In this document: piece after piece, positions 18,680 to 28,498 of the stretch
Layout of the letters: each line of letters starts with the position of its first letter
How positions within the stretch are numbered: the stretch's first letter is position 1
Origin: a virus
Lineage: Duplodnaviria > Caudoviricetes
Direction: 5' to 3' (one strand)
DNA: 60,313 nt
IMG/VR virus record: IMGVR_UViG_3300006116_000003
Coordinates: 1-60,313 of that record
The notes under the pieces: generated by a model
The model's database searches: none
What the model was told of the DNA's origin: nothing
Seen by the model: only the letters and a program-made list of their open reading frames with translations
Translations under genes and position numbers: made by a program

Positions 18680-19063
18680 ATGAAAGGTCGTAAGCATCGC
18701 GAGACCGGTGGAGTGAATGAGGCCGACGAAGACCTCAAGAGCAAGCCGGAACGCTACAACGAGAGCCGCGTCGAAGGCGAGGCTGAAGAACGCAAGCATG
18801 GTGGCCGCGCCAAGCATCGCGAAAAGCGTCGTCATGGGGGCCACGTCGCCCATCACGAAAAGCACGAGATGCACAAGGAGCACGAAGGCCACAAGCGTCG
18901 TCGCAAGCGCAAGCATGGCGGCGAAGCTGAGGGCGAGAAGGCTATGCACCACGCTGGCCGCAAGCCCCGCAAGAGCGGCGGCTCGTGCGAATCGAGCCCG
19001 TTCTCTTCGGCCCGTAAGGGGGAGTTCCCCAAGGGTCGCAAGATGGACGGTGAAGTTGAGTAA
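18680..19063 (+). CDS. Small His/Lys/Arg-rich protein with 5 xxxGG motifs
   Basis: AGGAGG RBS; RETGG, RKHGG x2, RRHGG, RKSGG. Confidence 0.75.
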   Translation: MKGRKHRETGGVNEADEDLKSKPERYNESRVEGEAEERKHGGRAKHREKRRHGGHVAHHEKHEMHKEHEGHKRRRKRKHGGEAEGEKAMHHAGRKPRKSGGSCESSPFSSARKGEFPKGRKMDGEVE

Positions 19064-19088
19064 GGCTTAGGCCTTAGTCCACGAAGCG

Positions 19089-19114
19089 AACGGGGGCGTA
19101 ACAGCCCCCGTTTT
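19089..19114 (+). terminator. Rho-independent terminator
   Basis: AACGGGGGC-GTAACA-GCCCCCGTT-TT. Confidence 0.7.
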
Positions 19115-19130
19115 GCCATCGGAGATGGCG

Positions 19131-19400
19131 ATGTCTGATACATGGCAGAAGAAGGCTGGTCAGTCTTCGAAGGGTGGCTTGAACGAGAAGGGGCGCGCGT
19201 CCCTGCGTGCCGAGGGCCACGACATCAAGCGGCCGGTAACGGCCAAGGAAGCGAGCCACAGCCCTGAGGCTGCGCAGCGGCGCGAGAATTTCCGGACCCG
19301 CATGTGCGGCATGAAGGAGAAGCTGACGTCGTCGAAGACGGCTCATGATCCGAACAGCCGGATCAATCTCGCACTCAAGCGGTGGGACGTGAAATGCTGA
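19131..19400 (+). CDS. Small basic phage protein (DUF6321-like)
   Basis: GGLNEKGRAS..RRENFRTRM..DPNSRINLALKRW. Confidence 0.7.
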   Translation: MSDTWQKKAGQSSKGGLNEKGRASLRAEGHDIKRPVTAKEASHSPEAAQRRENFRTRMCGMKEKLTSSKTAHDPNSRINLALKRWDVKC

Positions 19401-19567
19401 AGAAGCCATTCTGGGACAAAGACGCCCCCAAAGACGTGATGCACAAGCATCTGGACCGCGAAGGCGTGAAAATGGCCAAGGCCAAGGCTCGCGCCGCTGG
19501 ACGACCGTACCCAAACCTAGTAGATAATTTGGCTGCGTCCAGAGCAGGACACACGAAGGGAAAATAA
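19394..19567 (+). CDS. Small basic protein
   Basis: AKARAAGRPYPNLVDN motif; coupled to neighbours. Confidence 0.65.
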   Translation: MLKKPFWDKDAPKDVMHKHLDREGVKMAKAKARAAGRPYPNLVDNLAASRAGHTKGK

Positions 19568-19568
19568 T

Positions 19569-20228
19569 ATGCGCCCGATTACTGTCACAGTGGGTCCGCT
19601 CGCCACGCCGAGTGCGAACGCTATCTGTCTCTCTCAGACACCGAACTCGACTTTTACGCTGAACGGCTCGCTGGTTTCTGGCGGCGTTGCCGTTATGGAC
19701 ACCGCCCGGCGCGTCCTTTTCACCACCACCTCGGCCAGCGACAACGGCAAGACCGTGACGCTCGTGGGGTCGGACATCAACGGCGCTCCGATCACCGAGG
19801 TGCTGACCCTCGTCAACGCCAACAGCGTGACGACGGCGTACACCAATCTCGACTACTCGAAGGTCTCTTCGATCACGATGGGGTCGGCTGCCGCCGGCGC
19901 GATCACCGTGGGTACGAACAACGTGGCCTCGTCGATGTGGGTCCGGCTGGACGAATGGGCCTCGGCCCAGACCTCGATTCAGGCCACCGCGAGCGGCACC
20001 GTCAGCTACACGGTGCAGCAGACGATGCAGGATCCCAACAGCCCGACAAACCCCGTCTCGCCGTATCAGGTGGCTTGGATCAACATCTCGGATCCGAACA
20101 TGGTTAACGCCAGCGCCACGATGCAGAGCACCTACGTCTCCACGCCGACCTTTGCCAAGGTCACCCTCAACAACGGCTCGGGCTCGGTCACCGCGATCTT
20201 CGCTCAGTCGGGCGTCGTTCCGTTCTAA
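19569..20228 (+). CDS. Virion structural protein
   Basis: S/T-rich, beta-type; structural operon. Confidence 0.7.
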   Translation: MRPITVTVGPLATPSANAICLSQTPNSTFTLNGSLVSGGVAVMDTARRVLFTTTSASDNGKTVTLVGSDINGAPITEVLTLVNANSVTTAYTNLDYSKVSSITMGSAAAGAITVGTNNVASSMWVRLDEWASAQTSIQATASGTVSYTVQQTMQDPNSPTNPVSPYQVAWINISDPNMVNASATMQSTYVSTPTFAKVTLNNGSGSVTAIFAQSGVVPF

Positions 20229-20243
20229 TAGGGGTTATAGCTT

Positions 20244-22460
20244 ATGTCCGGCTTTTCGGGTTCTCCTTCCAATCTCACTGCTGACGCGAGCGCGATTGCC
20301 TCGGCGCCGCAGCGTCTGCGCGACAACCTCGGCAAGCTCGAGGTCTCCGAAGTCCAGAACCTCTTCGAGGCCGACTTCGAGTACAGCGCGCAGCCGATGC
20401 GCTGGGAGCAGTACACCTCGGGTGGCGCGACCATTTCGGCCTCCTCGACCCTCGGCGGCGTGGTGATGAGCGTGACGTCGGCTTCGGGCGACGTGGCCAT
20501 CCGCCAGACCCGTCCGTATGTGCGCTACCAGCCGGGCAAGACGCTTTACATGTCGAGCGGCTTGCAGTTCGGCGCCGCGGTGGCCAACCAGCGTCAGCGC
20601 CTTGGCTTTTTCGATGACGGCAATGGCGTCTTCTTCGAGCAGGGCGACCCGACCGCGGCGAACCCGAGCGGCATGACCGCCGTTTACCGCACCGACAACG
20701 GCGGCAACGGCGTCAGCGAGACCCGTATTTATGCCAACAGTTGGAGCGACCCGCAGGGCGTGTTCCGCGGCATCAACCCGATCACCGGCGTCTTCAACGT
20801 CAACAACATCCAGATGTGGTGGGTGGAGTTCGCTTGGTACGGCGCCGGCCTGCTGCGCTGGGGCGTGCTGATCGGTGGCGAGCCCTACGTGCTGCATCAG
20901 ATCGGTATCGGTAACCTGCCCGGCCAGCTCGTTGCTTGGTCGCGCACGGGCAACCTTCCGATTCGCTATGAGCTGCGCAACATCGGTCCCTCGACCGCTG
21001 GCTCGATGACCCACTTCGGTGTGTCGGTGCTGGCCAAGGGCAAGATTGATACGCAGCGCGGCTTCACCTACGGCTACGGCATGGCCGCTGGTACGCCTGT
21101 GCGCGCCCCCGGTGCCTCGGCTACCCGCTACCCGCTGCTTTCGATCCGCTACCGCACAATGGGCACGCTGGAATACGGCGTCGATACGAACTACTCGGGC
21201 GCGAACGGCACCCTGCCGACTGGTGGCGCAGCCATCACTGGCTCGACCGTGCTTGCAGCCCAGATCGCGACCTCGACGATCAGCGGCACAACCCTCACCG
21301 TCGGCTCGGTCACTTCGGGCACCGTGGCGGTTGGCCAGCTTGTCGCCGGCACCGGCGTTGCCGCGGGCACAGTGATCCTGTCGGGCAGCGGCTCGACATG
21401 GACCGTGAACGTCTCGCAGACCGTGGCCTCGACCACGATGTACATGACGGCCGGCACCGTGATCACCGTGTCCGGCACGCCTTGGACGGCCAACCAGTGG
21501 CAGGGCAAGTACGTGTGGTCGCGCGGCACAACGGCCTCGGCCGCCAGCTTTACCGCCGCCGCCAACGTGGTGACTGTGACGACCTCGTCGGCGCACTTCC
21601 TGACCACGGGCAAGATCCTGACTTTCGCCGGCGGTACTTTGAGCACAGGCTCGCCGAACGGCGTCTTCCCGATCACCGTGACCGGCCCGACGACCTTCAC
21701 CTATAACGTCCCGAGCGGCTCGGGCACGCCGGGCGGTACGCTGACCTACACGCAGGGTCTGGGTCCGATTGGCCGCATCGCCTCGAACACCACCAACACC
21801 CTCACTGTGGTGGACAACGTGCTCGGCTCTCTGCCGATTGCGTTCACGGCCTCGTGCTCGGGCACCACCTTGACGACAACCGGTAACCCCGCGCTCGTCG
21901 CTGGACAGAACGTGTTCTCCTCGACCGGCGTGTCGCTGGGGACCATTGTCAGCGGCTCGGGCAACTCGTGGGTTGTGTCGCTGGGCGGCACCTACGCCTC
22001 GCAGACGATGACCACAGCCGGCATTCCGTACCCGATGGTCGCCCAGCCGGGCGCCAGCGCGAACTACATCATCGGCCTGATCGACCGTGGCCAGATCCTG
22101 CCGCAGACGCTGAGCATTTACTCGAGCGCCAACTGCACGCTGGAACTGATTGCTTCGACCTACCAGTCGCCGGTGACGCTGACGGGCGCGTCGTTTAGCA
22201 CGATGTACTCGCTAGGCTCGCTGAACAGCTTCACCGAGCGCGACGTGAGCGCCACGGCGCTGAGCGGCGGCGAAGTCGTCTATAACTCCCCACTGCCTTC
22301 GGGCGGTCTGCAGGCGTTCGACCTCACCAACTTCTTCCCGCTGTACAATACGGTGCAGGGCAACATCCCCGACATCCTGACAGTGGCCATCACGACGCCT
22401 TCCGGCTTCGGTACGAACACGGTCGGCGCCAGCATCATCGCTCAGGAAGCGATGTCGTAA
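20244..22460 (+). CDS. Virion structural protein with inserted beta modules
   Basis: RYQPGK..FEQG..WYGAG..NLPIRYE core plus S/T/G-rich inserts. Confidence 0.75.
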   Translation: MSGFSGSPSNLTADASAIASAPQRLRDNLGKLEVSEVQNLFEADFEYSAQPMRWEQYTSGGATISASSTLGGVVMSVTSASGDVAIRQTRPYVRYQPGKTLYMSSGLQFGAAVANQRQRLGFFDDGNGVFFEQGDPTAANPSGMTAVYRTDNGGNGVSETRIYANSWSDPQGVFRGINPITGVFNVNNIQMWWVEFAWYGAGLLRWGVLIGGEPYVLHQIGIGNLPGQLVAWSRTGNLPIRYELRNIGPSTAGSMTHFGVSVLAKGKIDTQRGFTYGYGMAAGTPVRAPGASATRYPLLSIRYRTMGTLEYGVDTNYSGANGTLPTGGAAITGSTVLAAQIATSTISGTTLTVGSVTSGTVAVGQLVAGTGVAAGTVILSGSGSTWTVNVSQTVASTTMYMTAGTVITVSGTPWTANQWQGKYVWSRGTTASAASFTAAANVVTVTTSSAHFLTTGKILTFAGGTLSTGSPNGVFPITVTGPTTFTYNVPSGSGTPGGTLTYTQGLGPIGRIASNTTNTLTVVDNVLGSLPIAFTASCSGTTLTTTGNPALVAGQNVFSSTGVSLGTIVSGSGNSWVVSLGGTYASQTMTTAGIPYPMVAQPGASANYIIGLIDRGQILPQTLSIYSSANCTLELIASTYQSPVTLTGASFSTMYSLGSLNSFTERDVSATALSGGEVVYNSPLPSGGLQAFDLTNFFPLYNTVQGNIPDILTVAITTPSGFGTNTVGASIIAQEAMS

Positions 22461-22470
22461 AGGACGGTAA

Positions 22471-23163
22471 ATGACGGCGAGCGGGACATACACGTACAAT
22501 CCCTCGCTTGGCGAGCTGACTCTCTATGCCTTCAATCTGTGCGGGATCCGGAACACGGAGATCGTGCAGGAGCATATGGAGTCGGCCCGCATGGCCTCCA
22601 ACCTGCTGCTCGGTCGCTGGAGCAGTCAGGGCGTCAACCTGTGGATGGTCAACCAGCAGACGATCCCGCTGGTGGCTGGGCAGGCGACGTACAGCCTGCC
22701 GTCGAACAACATCGTCATGCTGGACACCTATATCCGCACGACGGACAGTTCAGGCAACAGCACCGACCGCCTGATCCTGCCGATGAGCCGCTCGGAGTAC
22801 GCCTCGTACCCGAATAAGGCTCAGGAAGGCTTCCCGACGACCTACTGGCAGGATCGCCTGATCTCGAGCACCGTGACGCTGTGGCCCGTTCCTGACGGCT
22901 CTCAGACGTCTCTGGTGTTCTATCAGGTCTGCCAGATCGACGATGCGAACTTCTCGAACGGCCAGACGGTCAATGTCCCCGTCTACTTCCTCGAGGCCTT
23001 CGCCTACGGGCTTGGGCAGCGTCTGGCGACGATTTGGGCGCCTGAGAAGGCTGCCGGCCTGAAGGGGCTGGCCGACGAGGCATATCTCATCGCTGCAGCT
23101 CAGAACGTCGAAACCTCGGCCTTCTACATCTCACCGGGCATCACTGGTTATTATAGGACGTAA
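22471..23163 (+). CDS. Head-tail adaptor protein
   Basis: NLLLGRWSSQGVNLW..GQATYSLP..G.PT.Y..LWPVPD pattern of podovirus adaptors. Confidence 0.7.
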   Translation: MTASGTYTYNPSLGELTLYAFNLCGIRNTEIVQEHMESARMASNLLLGRWSSQGVNLWMVNQQTIPLVAGQATYSLPSNNIVMLDTYIRTTDSSGNSTDRLILPMSRSEYASYPNKAQEGFPTTYWQDRLISSTVTLWPVPDGSQTSLVFYQVCQIDDANFSNGQTVNVPVYFLEAFAYGLGQRLATIWAPEKAAGLKGLADEAYLIAAAQNVETSAFYISPGITGYYRT

Positions 23164-23166
23164 GCT

Positions 23167-23901
23167 ATGGCGTATGCTTCGAGGGCGGGTAAGGCCAGAA
23201 TCAGCGCCAGCAACCCGCAGGCCTTGGCCATTTGCGACCGTTGCGGCTTCACGTACAACCACGTCAATCTGCAGTGGCAGTTCGACTGGCGCGGATCGAC
23301 CCTGCAGAACACGCGGATCTTGGTCTGCAGGGAGTGTCTGGACGAGCCTCAGGAGCAGCAGCGCGCGATTGTCGTGCCGGCCGACCCTGTGCCGATCAAC
23401 AACCCCCGCGTCGAGAACTGGGCTGATGCCGAGACCGACTACCGTGCCACCTCGTCGGTGCCCACGATTGACCCGACCACTGGCCTGCCGGTGTACACGG
23501 TCAACCAGTTGGTCACGCAGGATGGTCAGAACCTGACGACGCAGCCCTACGGGCCGCCGACAGGGACGCGCTCCTCGCCGGCTATGCCAGCCTTCGGCGA
23601 GGGTAATTATTTTCCGCCGCTGTCGCTTCTCTCGGTCACCGGCGACGGGAACTACACGGTCAGCATCACGCTGAGCGCGCCGCACAACCTCGTCACGAAC
23701 AATCAGATCACGGTCGATGCATCGTCCTCGGCAAATGCCAATGGCACGTACAGTGTAACTGTGGTGTCCGCGGTGGCATTGACCTATCTGACCAACAAGA
23801 CAGTCCCCTCCGGCTCCTTGCTGACGGGCACCACTCTGGTGTATCCTGTCAATATCGGCCTTCCGTACAACTACGCTCAGCTTCCGCAGACAGGGATCTA
23901 G
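23167..23901 (+). CDS. Zn-finger protein with C-terminal beta module
   Basis: CDRCGF...VCRECLDEPQ; C-terminal APHNL..NGTYSVT module. Confidence 0.7.
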   Translation: MAYASRAGKARISASNPQALAICDRCGFTYNHVNLQWQFDWRGSTLQNTRILVCRECLDEPQEQQRAIVVPADPVPINNPRVENWADAETDYRATSSVPTIDPTTGLPVYTVNQLVTQDGQNLTTQPYGPPTGTRSSPAMPAFGEGNYFPPLSLLSVTGDGNYTVSITLSAPHNLVTNNQITVDASSSANANGTYSVTVVSAVALTYLTNKTVPSGSLLTGTTLVYPVNIGLPYNYAQLPQTGI

Positions 23902-23904
23902 TCA

Positions 23905-26130
23905 ATGGCGAACATCACAATCCCCAATCTGCCTCCTGTCATTTCTTTGAACGGCACGGAGATGATGGAAGTTGTTCAGAGCGGTACTTCGAGCCGCATG
24001 ACAGTTTCCCAGCTCTCGCTGTTCATTGCGTCCTACACGGCCGGTCCGGGGCTGACGCTGTCCGGCACCCAGTTCAGCATCACCAACACCGGCGTGACCG
24101 CGGGATCCTACACCGTCCCGAACTTCACCGTGAACGCGCGTGGCCAGATCACGGCCATCTCGAACGCCTCGACCACGGGCTCGGGAGCTGTGGTGCTGGC
24201 TACCTCGCCGACGCTTGTGACACCCGCGCTGGGCACGCCCTCGGCCGCCGTCCTGACCAACGCGACCGGCTTGCCGCTCTCGACCGGTATCACTGGCACG
24301 CTGAGCGTCTCGAATGGCGGCACTGGCACTGGTACGGCGGCTACCAACGGCCAGTTGCTGATTGGGAACGGCTCGGGCTTCACGCTCGCTACCCTGACTC
24401 AGGGCAGCGGCATCACCATCACAAACAGCGCGGGCGGGATCACCATCGCGGCCACCTCTTCGGGCGGCACCGTCACCTCGGTCAATGCGTCTGGCGGCAC
24501 GACCGGCATGACGTTTACCGGTGGCGCGATCACCACCAGCGGCACGCTGACAATGTCGGGCACGCTGAATGTGGCGAATGGCGGCACCGGCGCCACAACG
24601 CTTGCCGCCAACGGCCTTCTGCTTGGTAACGGTATTTCGGCCCTGTCCTCGGTGTCGGTTGGTACCACCGGTCAGGTGCTGGTCGGGAACACGAGCGCGG
24701 CTCCGACTTGGTCCACGCTTTCGAGCATCGCCGTCACCACGTTCAGCGGCGGCACGACTGGCCTGACCCCTTCGTCGGCTACATCCGGCGCGATCACCCT
24801 TGCGGGCACCTTGGCTGTGGCCAATGGGGGCACCGGCCTTACGACCTTGACCTCGAACTACCTGTACAAAGGTGCAGGTACCTCGGCGCTGGCTCAGTCC
24901 GTGGTCTATGATGACGGCACCAATGTCGGCATCGGGACGAGTTCGCCCAGCTATAGGCTGGATGTGTCGGCGACCGGAACTATTTCCGGTCGCGTGAAGA
25001 CTAGCGGTGCCCTTAACGCATTCTACATGGAAGACGCAGGCACCACGGCCGGCTCGCTTTACATTGGCTCTGTGGGCAACGACTGGCGCGTTGTCACAGG
25101 CTCTAATGAAAATCTTCGCGTTACTTCTGGCGGCAATGTCGGAATTGGGACGACTTCGCCCAGTTACAAGCTGGATGTGGCTGGCGCGGGCATGCGCCTT
25201 GGGGTCGGCGGCACGGCCGCCAGTAACACCACCTTTATCATCAACGCGACGAACAACGCTGCAAATGGCGGCGCGATTCAAGGCCAGCAGAACGGCTCGG
25301 CCACTTGGTTTATTGGGGACGCAGCGGCGGCAGTGGGTAGCGGAACTGGCTACATCACTTATGTTTACGGCGCGAACCCCGCCATCTGGTATACCAATGG
25401 CTCCGAGCGCATGCGCGTTGACTCCAGCGGCAACGTCGGCATTGGCACCTCGTCGCCGAGCACCTTCGGCCTTCTCGCTGCCGTCAAGAACGCCACGGGT
25501 GTCACCACGGCCGCAGTCTCCAACTCGAACGCTGCCACCAACGACGGCGCGAAGTTTTCCAGCTTCTATAGCACGACCGAAGTGGCCAGTATTGGCCACT
25601 ACTGGAATGGTTCGACGTTTATTGGCAGGCTGTACTCCTACGGCGACCTGACGTTCCTTGGGACCGCCACGCCGACCGAATTGATGCGCCTGACTGCCAC
25701 AGGCAACCTCGGCATCGGAACCAACAATCCGGGCGGCAAGTTCGATGTCGGCGGCGGCCTTTTCATTGTGGCCTCCTCCGGCTCGATCACCTCGTCCTCA
25801 CTGGCTGACGCCGTGGGTTACAAGGGCATGCCGCAGAACTCTCAGACTGCGTCCTACACGCTTGCCCTCACCGACATGGGCAAGCACATCTCGATCACCA
25901 CCGGCGGCGTGATTATCCCTGCCAACGGTTCGGTGGCGTTCCCAGTTGGCGCGACCGTCGTTGTCTTCAACAACAGCGGCTCGAACCAGACGATCTCGAT
26001 CACTACGGACACGCTGCGGCAGGCCGGCACGGCCAATACCGGCAGCCGCACGCTGGCCCAGTACGGCCTCGCCACGCTGGTCAAGGTGTCATCGACTGTC
26101 TGGGCAATCAGCGGCGCGGGCGTCTCGTAA
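23905..26130 (+). CDS. Tail fibre protein 1
   Basis: Repeats GTLxVxNGGTG and N(V/L)GIGT; C-terminal ...SGAGVS domain. Confidence 0.85.
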   Translation: MANITIPNLPPVISLNGTEMMEVVQSGTSSRMTVSQLSLFIASYTAGPGLTLSGTQFSITNTGVTAGSYTVPNFTVNARGQITAISNASTTGSGAVVLATSPTLVTPALGTPSAAVLTNATGLPLSTGITGTLSVSNGGTGTGTAATNGQLLIGNGSGFTLATLTQGSGITITNSAGGITIAATSSGGTVTSVNASGGTTGMTFTGGAITTSGTLTMSGTLNVANGGTGATTLAANGLLLGNGISALSSVSVGTTGQVLVGNTSAAPTWSTLSSIAVTTFSGGTTGLTPSSATSGAITLAGTLAVANGGTGLTTLTSNYLYKGAGTSALAQSVVYDDGTNVGIGTSSPSYRLDVSATGTISGRVKTSGALNAFYMEDAGTTAGSLYIGSVGNDWRVVTGSNENLRVTSGGNVGIGTTSPSYKLDVAGAGMRLGVGGTAASNTTFIINATNNAANGGAIQGQQNGSATWFIGDAAAAVGSGTGYITYVYGANPAIWYTNGSERMRVDSSGNVGIGTSSPSTFGLLAAVKNATGVTTAAVSNSNAATNDGAKFSSFYSTTEVASIGHYWNGSTFIGRLYSYGDLTFLGTATPTELMRLTATGNLGIGTNNPGGKFDVGGGLFIVASSGSITSSSLADAVGYKGMPQNSQTASYTLALTDMGKHISITTGGVIIPANGSVAFPVGATVVVFNNSGSNQTISITTDTLRQAGTANTGSRTLAQYGLATLVKVSSTVWAISGAGVS

Positions 26131-26765
26131 TGACCGGGATCCTCTGCGCCATCGCAGGAGCGGTCACCAGCTTTACCCCCGTGACCAACACCTACACGAG
26201 CGGCTCGGGCACCGAGACGATCCCGACCGGTGCGTCACAGGTGGTGATCGAGGTCTGGGGCGGCGGCGGCGGCGGTGGCCGAGGATCCAACAACTGTATC
26301 GGTATCCCCGGCGGCGGTGGTGGCGGCGGCGGCTACGTCAAGAAGACCTACGCGCTGACTGGCGGCAACGCGGGGCAGACCTTCACCTATTCAGTCGGCG
26401 CGGGCGGCGCGGGCGGCACAGTCAATAACGGCACGGCAGGCAGCAATAGCACCTGCGTGCAGGGCACTTTCAGCACCGCTACGTCTCTGACCGGTGGTGG
26501 TGGCGGTGGCGGCGTGGCGGGCGCGAGCGGCGGTAACCAAGGCACTGGCGGCACAGCCAGCGGCGGCGACACCAACACGTCCGGTACGGGCGGCGCAGCC
26601 GGCACACAGGCCGGCGGTGCCTCGCCCAATGGCGGCGGAACGCAGAACACGGCCGCTGCCGCCGGTAACCCTCCGGGCGGTGGCGGCGCGGGTAGCAACT
26701 TCGGCGCTCCTCCGGGGACTGGCGGCGCGGGCGCCACGGGCACAGTAAAGTTCAGCTACACATGA
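26130..26765 (+). CDS. Glycine-rich fibre-tip adhesin
   Basis: TAATG-coupled to fibre 1; polyglycine runs (VWGGGGGGG, GGGGGGGY). Confidence 0.75.
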   Translation: MTGILCAIAGAVTSFTPVTNTYTSGSGTETIPTGASQVVIEVWGGGGGGGRGSNNCIGIPGGGGGGGGYVKKTYALTGGNAGQTFTYSVGAGGAGGTVNNGTAGSNSTCVQGTFSTATSLTGGGGGGGVAGASGGNQGTGGTASGGDTNTSGTGGAAGTQAGGASPNGGGTQNTAAAAGNPPGGGGAGSNFGAPPGTGGAGATGTVKFSYT

Positions 26766-27079
26766 TCCCGAAGCAGAAATTCGTGCGCCGAGGCGACAAG
26801 ATCGCGCTTCTCCTCCACTTTGAAGATGGCGACGTTCTTGAGTACCACGAGCACACCCCCGACAACTACCACGACGTGGCCGTGGATGGGGGCAGTGTCC
26901 GCATTGCAGGCGAGAACCTTGAGTGGTTCATCGACGTCAACGAGGGCGAGCTCTGCGTCCTGCCAGACGACAGGCAGAGCCACCAGATCATTTCCCTTTC
27001 GGGGCACGCGGTTGTCGCGAACGTCTACCGGACTTACAGGCCACACCTTGAGCGCATGATCGGTCAAGACTGGGCATAG
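26762..27079 (+). CDS. Cupin-fold protein
   Basis: GDVLEYHEH...H.V.V.GS....GE...L....H. Confidence 0.6.
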   Translation: MIPKQKFVRRGDKIALLLHFEDGDVLEYHEHTPDNYHDVAVDGGSVRIAGENLEWFIDVNEGELCVLPDDRQSHQIISLSGHAVVANVYRTYRPHLERMIGQDWA

Positions 27080-27088
27080 GAGAAGAAC

Positions 27089-27415
27089 ATGAGCGTCATC
27101 ACTTGGGACATCGTGAAAATGGAGTGCTCTCCGCAGCACGATGGGCACGATAAGGTGGTTTCCACCTGCCACTGGACGCTCAGCGGCACGGACGGCACCT
27201 ATTCGAGCTACGCCTACGGTGCCACGCCCATCGCGTATGAGGCGGATGATGCCTTCACCCCCTATGAGAGCCTGACCAAGGATCAGGTGATCGGATGGGT
27301 GAAGGAGGCGCTTGGCAACGAACGGGCCGCCGCGTATGAAGCGTCTGTGGCGGCCCAAATCGATATTCAGGCCAACCCTCCCATTGTCAGCCCGCCACTT
27401 CCTTGGAGCGAATGA
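27089..27415 (+). CDS. Conserved phage protein, putative fibre assembly
   Basis: FTPYESLTKDQVIGWVKEALG..PLPW. Confidence 0.65.
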   Translation: MSVITWDIVKMECSPQHDGHDKVVSTCHWTLSGTDGTYSSYAYGATPIAYEADDAFTPYESLTKDQVIGWVKEALGNERAAAYEASVAAQIDIQANPPIVSPPLPWSE

Positions 27416-27606
27416 TGAACGTCACCCTTACCCTTGATCTGGACTCCGCCAACGACATCGTCAACGTCCTCGGCCAGCTTCCGACCGCGAGCGGCGCCTT
27501 TCCGCTGATGCAGAACGTCAAGATGCAGATCGACATGGCCGTCGCTGCCTCGAAGGCTCCTGCAGCAGAAGTCGAAGCGCCGCACGCTGAAGAACCCGCG
27601 GCCTAA
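27412..27606 (+). CDS. Small hypothetical protein
   Basis: Coupled ORF; VLGQLP motif. Confidence 0.6.
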   Translation: MMNVTLTLDLDSANDIVNVLGQLPTASGAFPLMQNVKMQIDMAVAASKAPAAEVEAPHAEEPAA

Positions 27607-27671
27607 GCAAGCTGGCGCCTTCGCCTTTTTCTTGGTAGAAGGGCGGAAATTGAAAGGCGAGACATAGTAAA

Positions 27672-28493
27672 GTGACGACGCCGCAGACAACTCCGCTGAC
27701 CTATAATGGGTACGTCGCGCAAGTGGCGACGATGGCTGTTGTCAATTACGGGACGATCACCAACGTCAGTTCGAACTCTATTGTGGTCGGTACGGACACG
27801 AGTCCGACATCGCCCACCTCGCCTTTCAACACCATCCTTCCGCAGATGCTGAATTACGCTGAGCTTCGTATTCAGCGCGATCTGGACCTTCTGCCGTCCC
27901 TCACCTCGAACACCTCGTATTCCCTGACCGCGGGATCGAACCTCCTGCAGTTGCAGACGAACGACTTCGTGACGGTGCAGACCGTCAGCATCCTGAACGG
28001 CACAGCCAACACCCCGCTGGTGCCGACGTCGAAGGAATACATCCAGAACACCTACAACGACTCGTCGTCGCTGGGCACGCCCCGCTTCTTCGCGATGTAT
28101 GGCGGTGATCTGACCACGGGCGGCACGGCCTACAACAACATCATTGTCGGCCCGTACCCAAGCGTTTCGTATCCCCTGACGATTACGGGCACCGTGCGCC
28201 TCAAGACCCTGTACCCGGCAGTCGGCAGCGACGGCTGGCCGACTCTGGGCACCGGCACCACCTTCATCAGCACGTACTATCCGGACATGCTGCTGATGGC
28301 GAGCATGATCTACATCAGCGCCTACCAACGCGACTTCGGCGCCGTCGGCAACGACACCCAGATGCCGGGCACCTACGAAGCCCAGTACGAAATGCTGCTC
28401 AAGGGATCGTCCACCGAAGAGGCCCGCAAGAGGTTCGCCTCGGCCGGCTGGACATCGATGGCACCGGCCCCAGCCGCCTCGCTGCCGAGGTAG
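27672..28493 (+). CDS. Tail adaptor/tubular protein
   Basis: AELRIQRDLD..GTPRFFA..VGPYP..PDMLL pattern. Confidence 0.7.
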   Translation: MTTPQTTPLTYNGYVAQVATMAVVNYGTITNVSSNSIVVGTDTSPTSPTSPFNTILPQMLNYAELRIQRDLDLLPSLTSNTSYSLTAGSNLLQLQTNDFVTVQTVSILNGTANTPLVPTSKEYIQNTYNDSSSLGTPRFFAMYGGDLTTGGTAYNNIIVGPYPSVSYPLTITGTVRLKTLYPAVGSDGWPTLGTGTTFISTYYPDMLLMASMIYISAYQRDFGAVGNDTQMPGTYEAQYEMLLKGSSTEEARKRFASAGWTSMAPAPAASLPR

Positions 28494-28498
28494 GGCCT

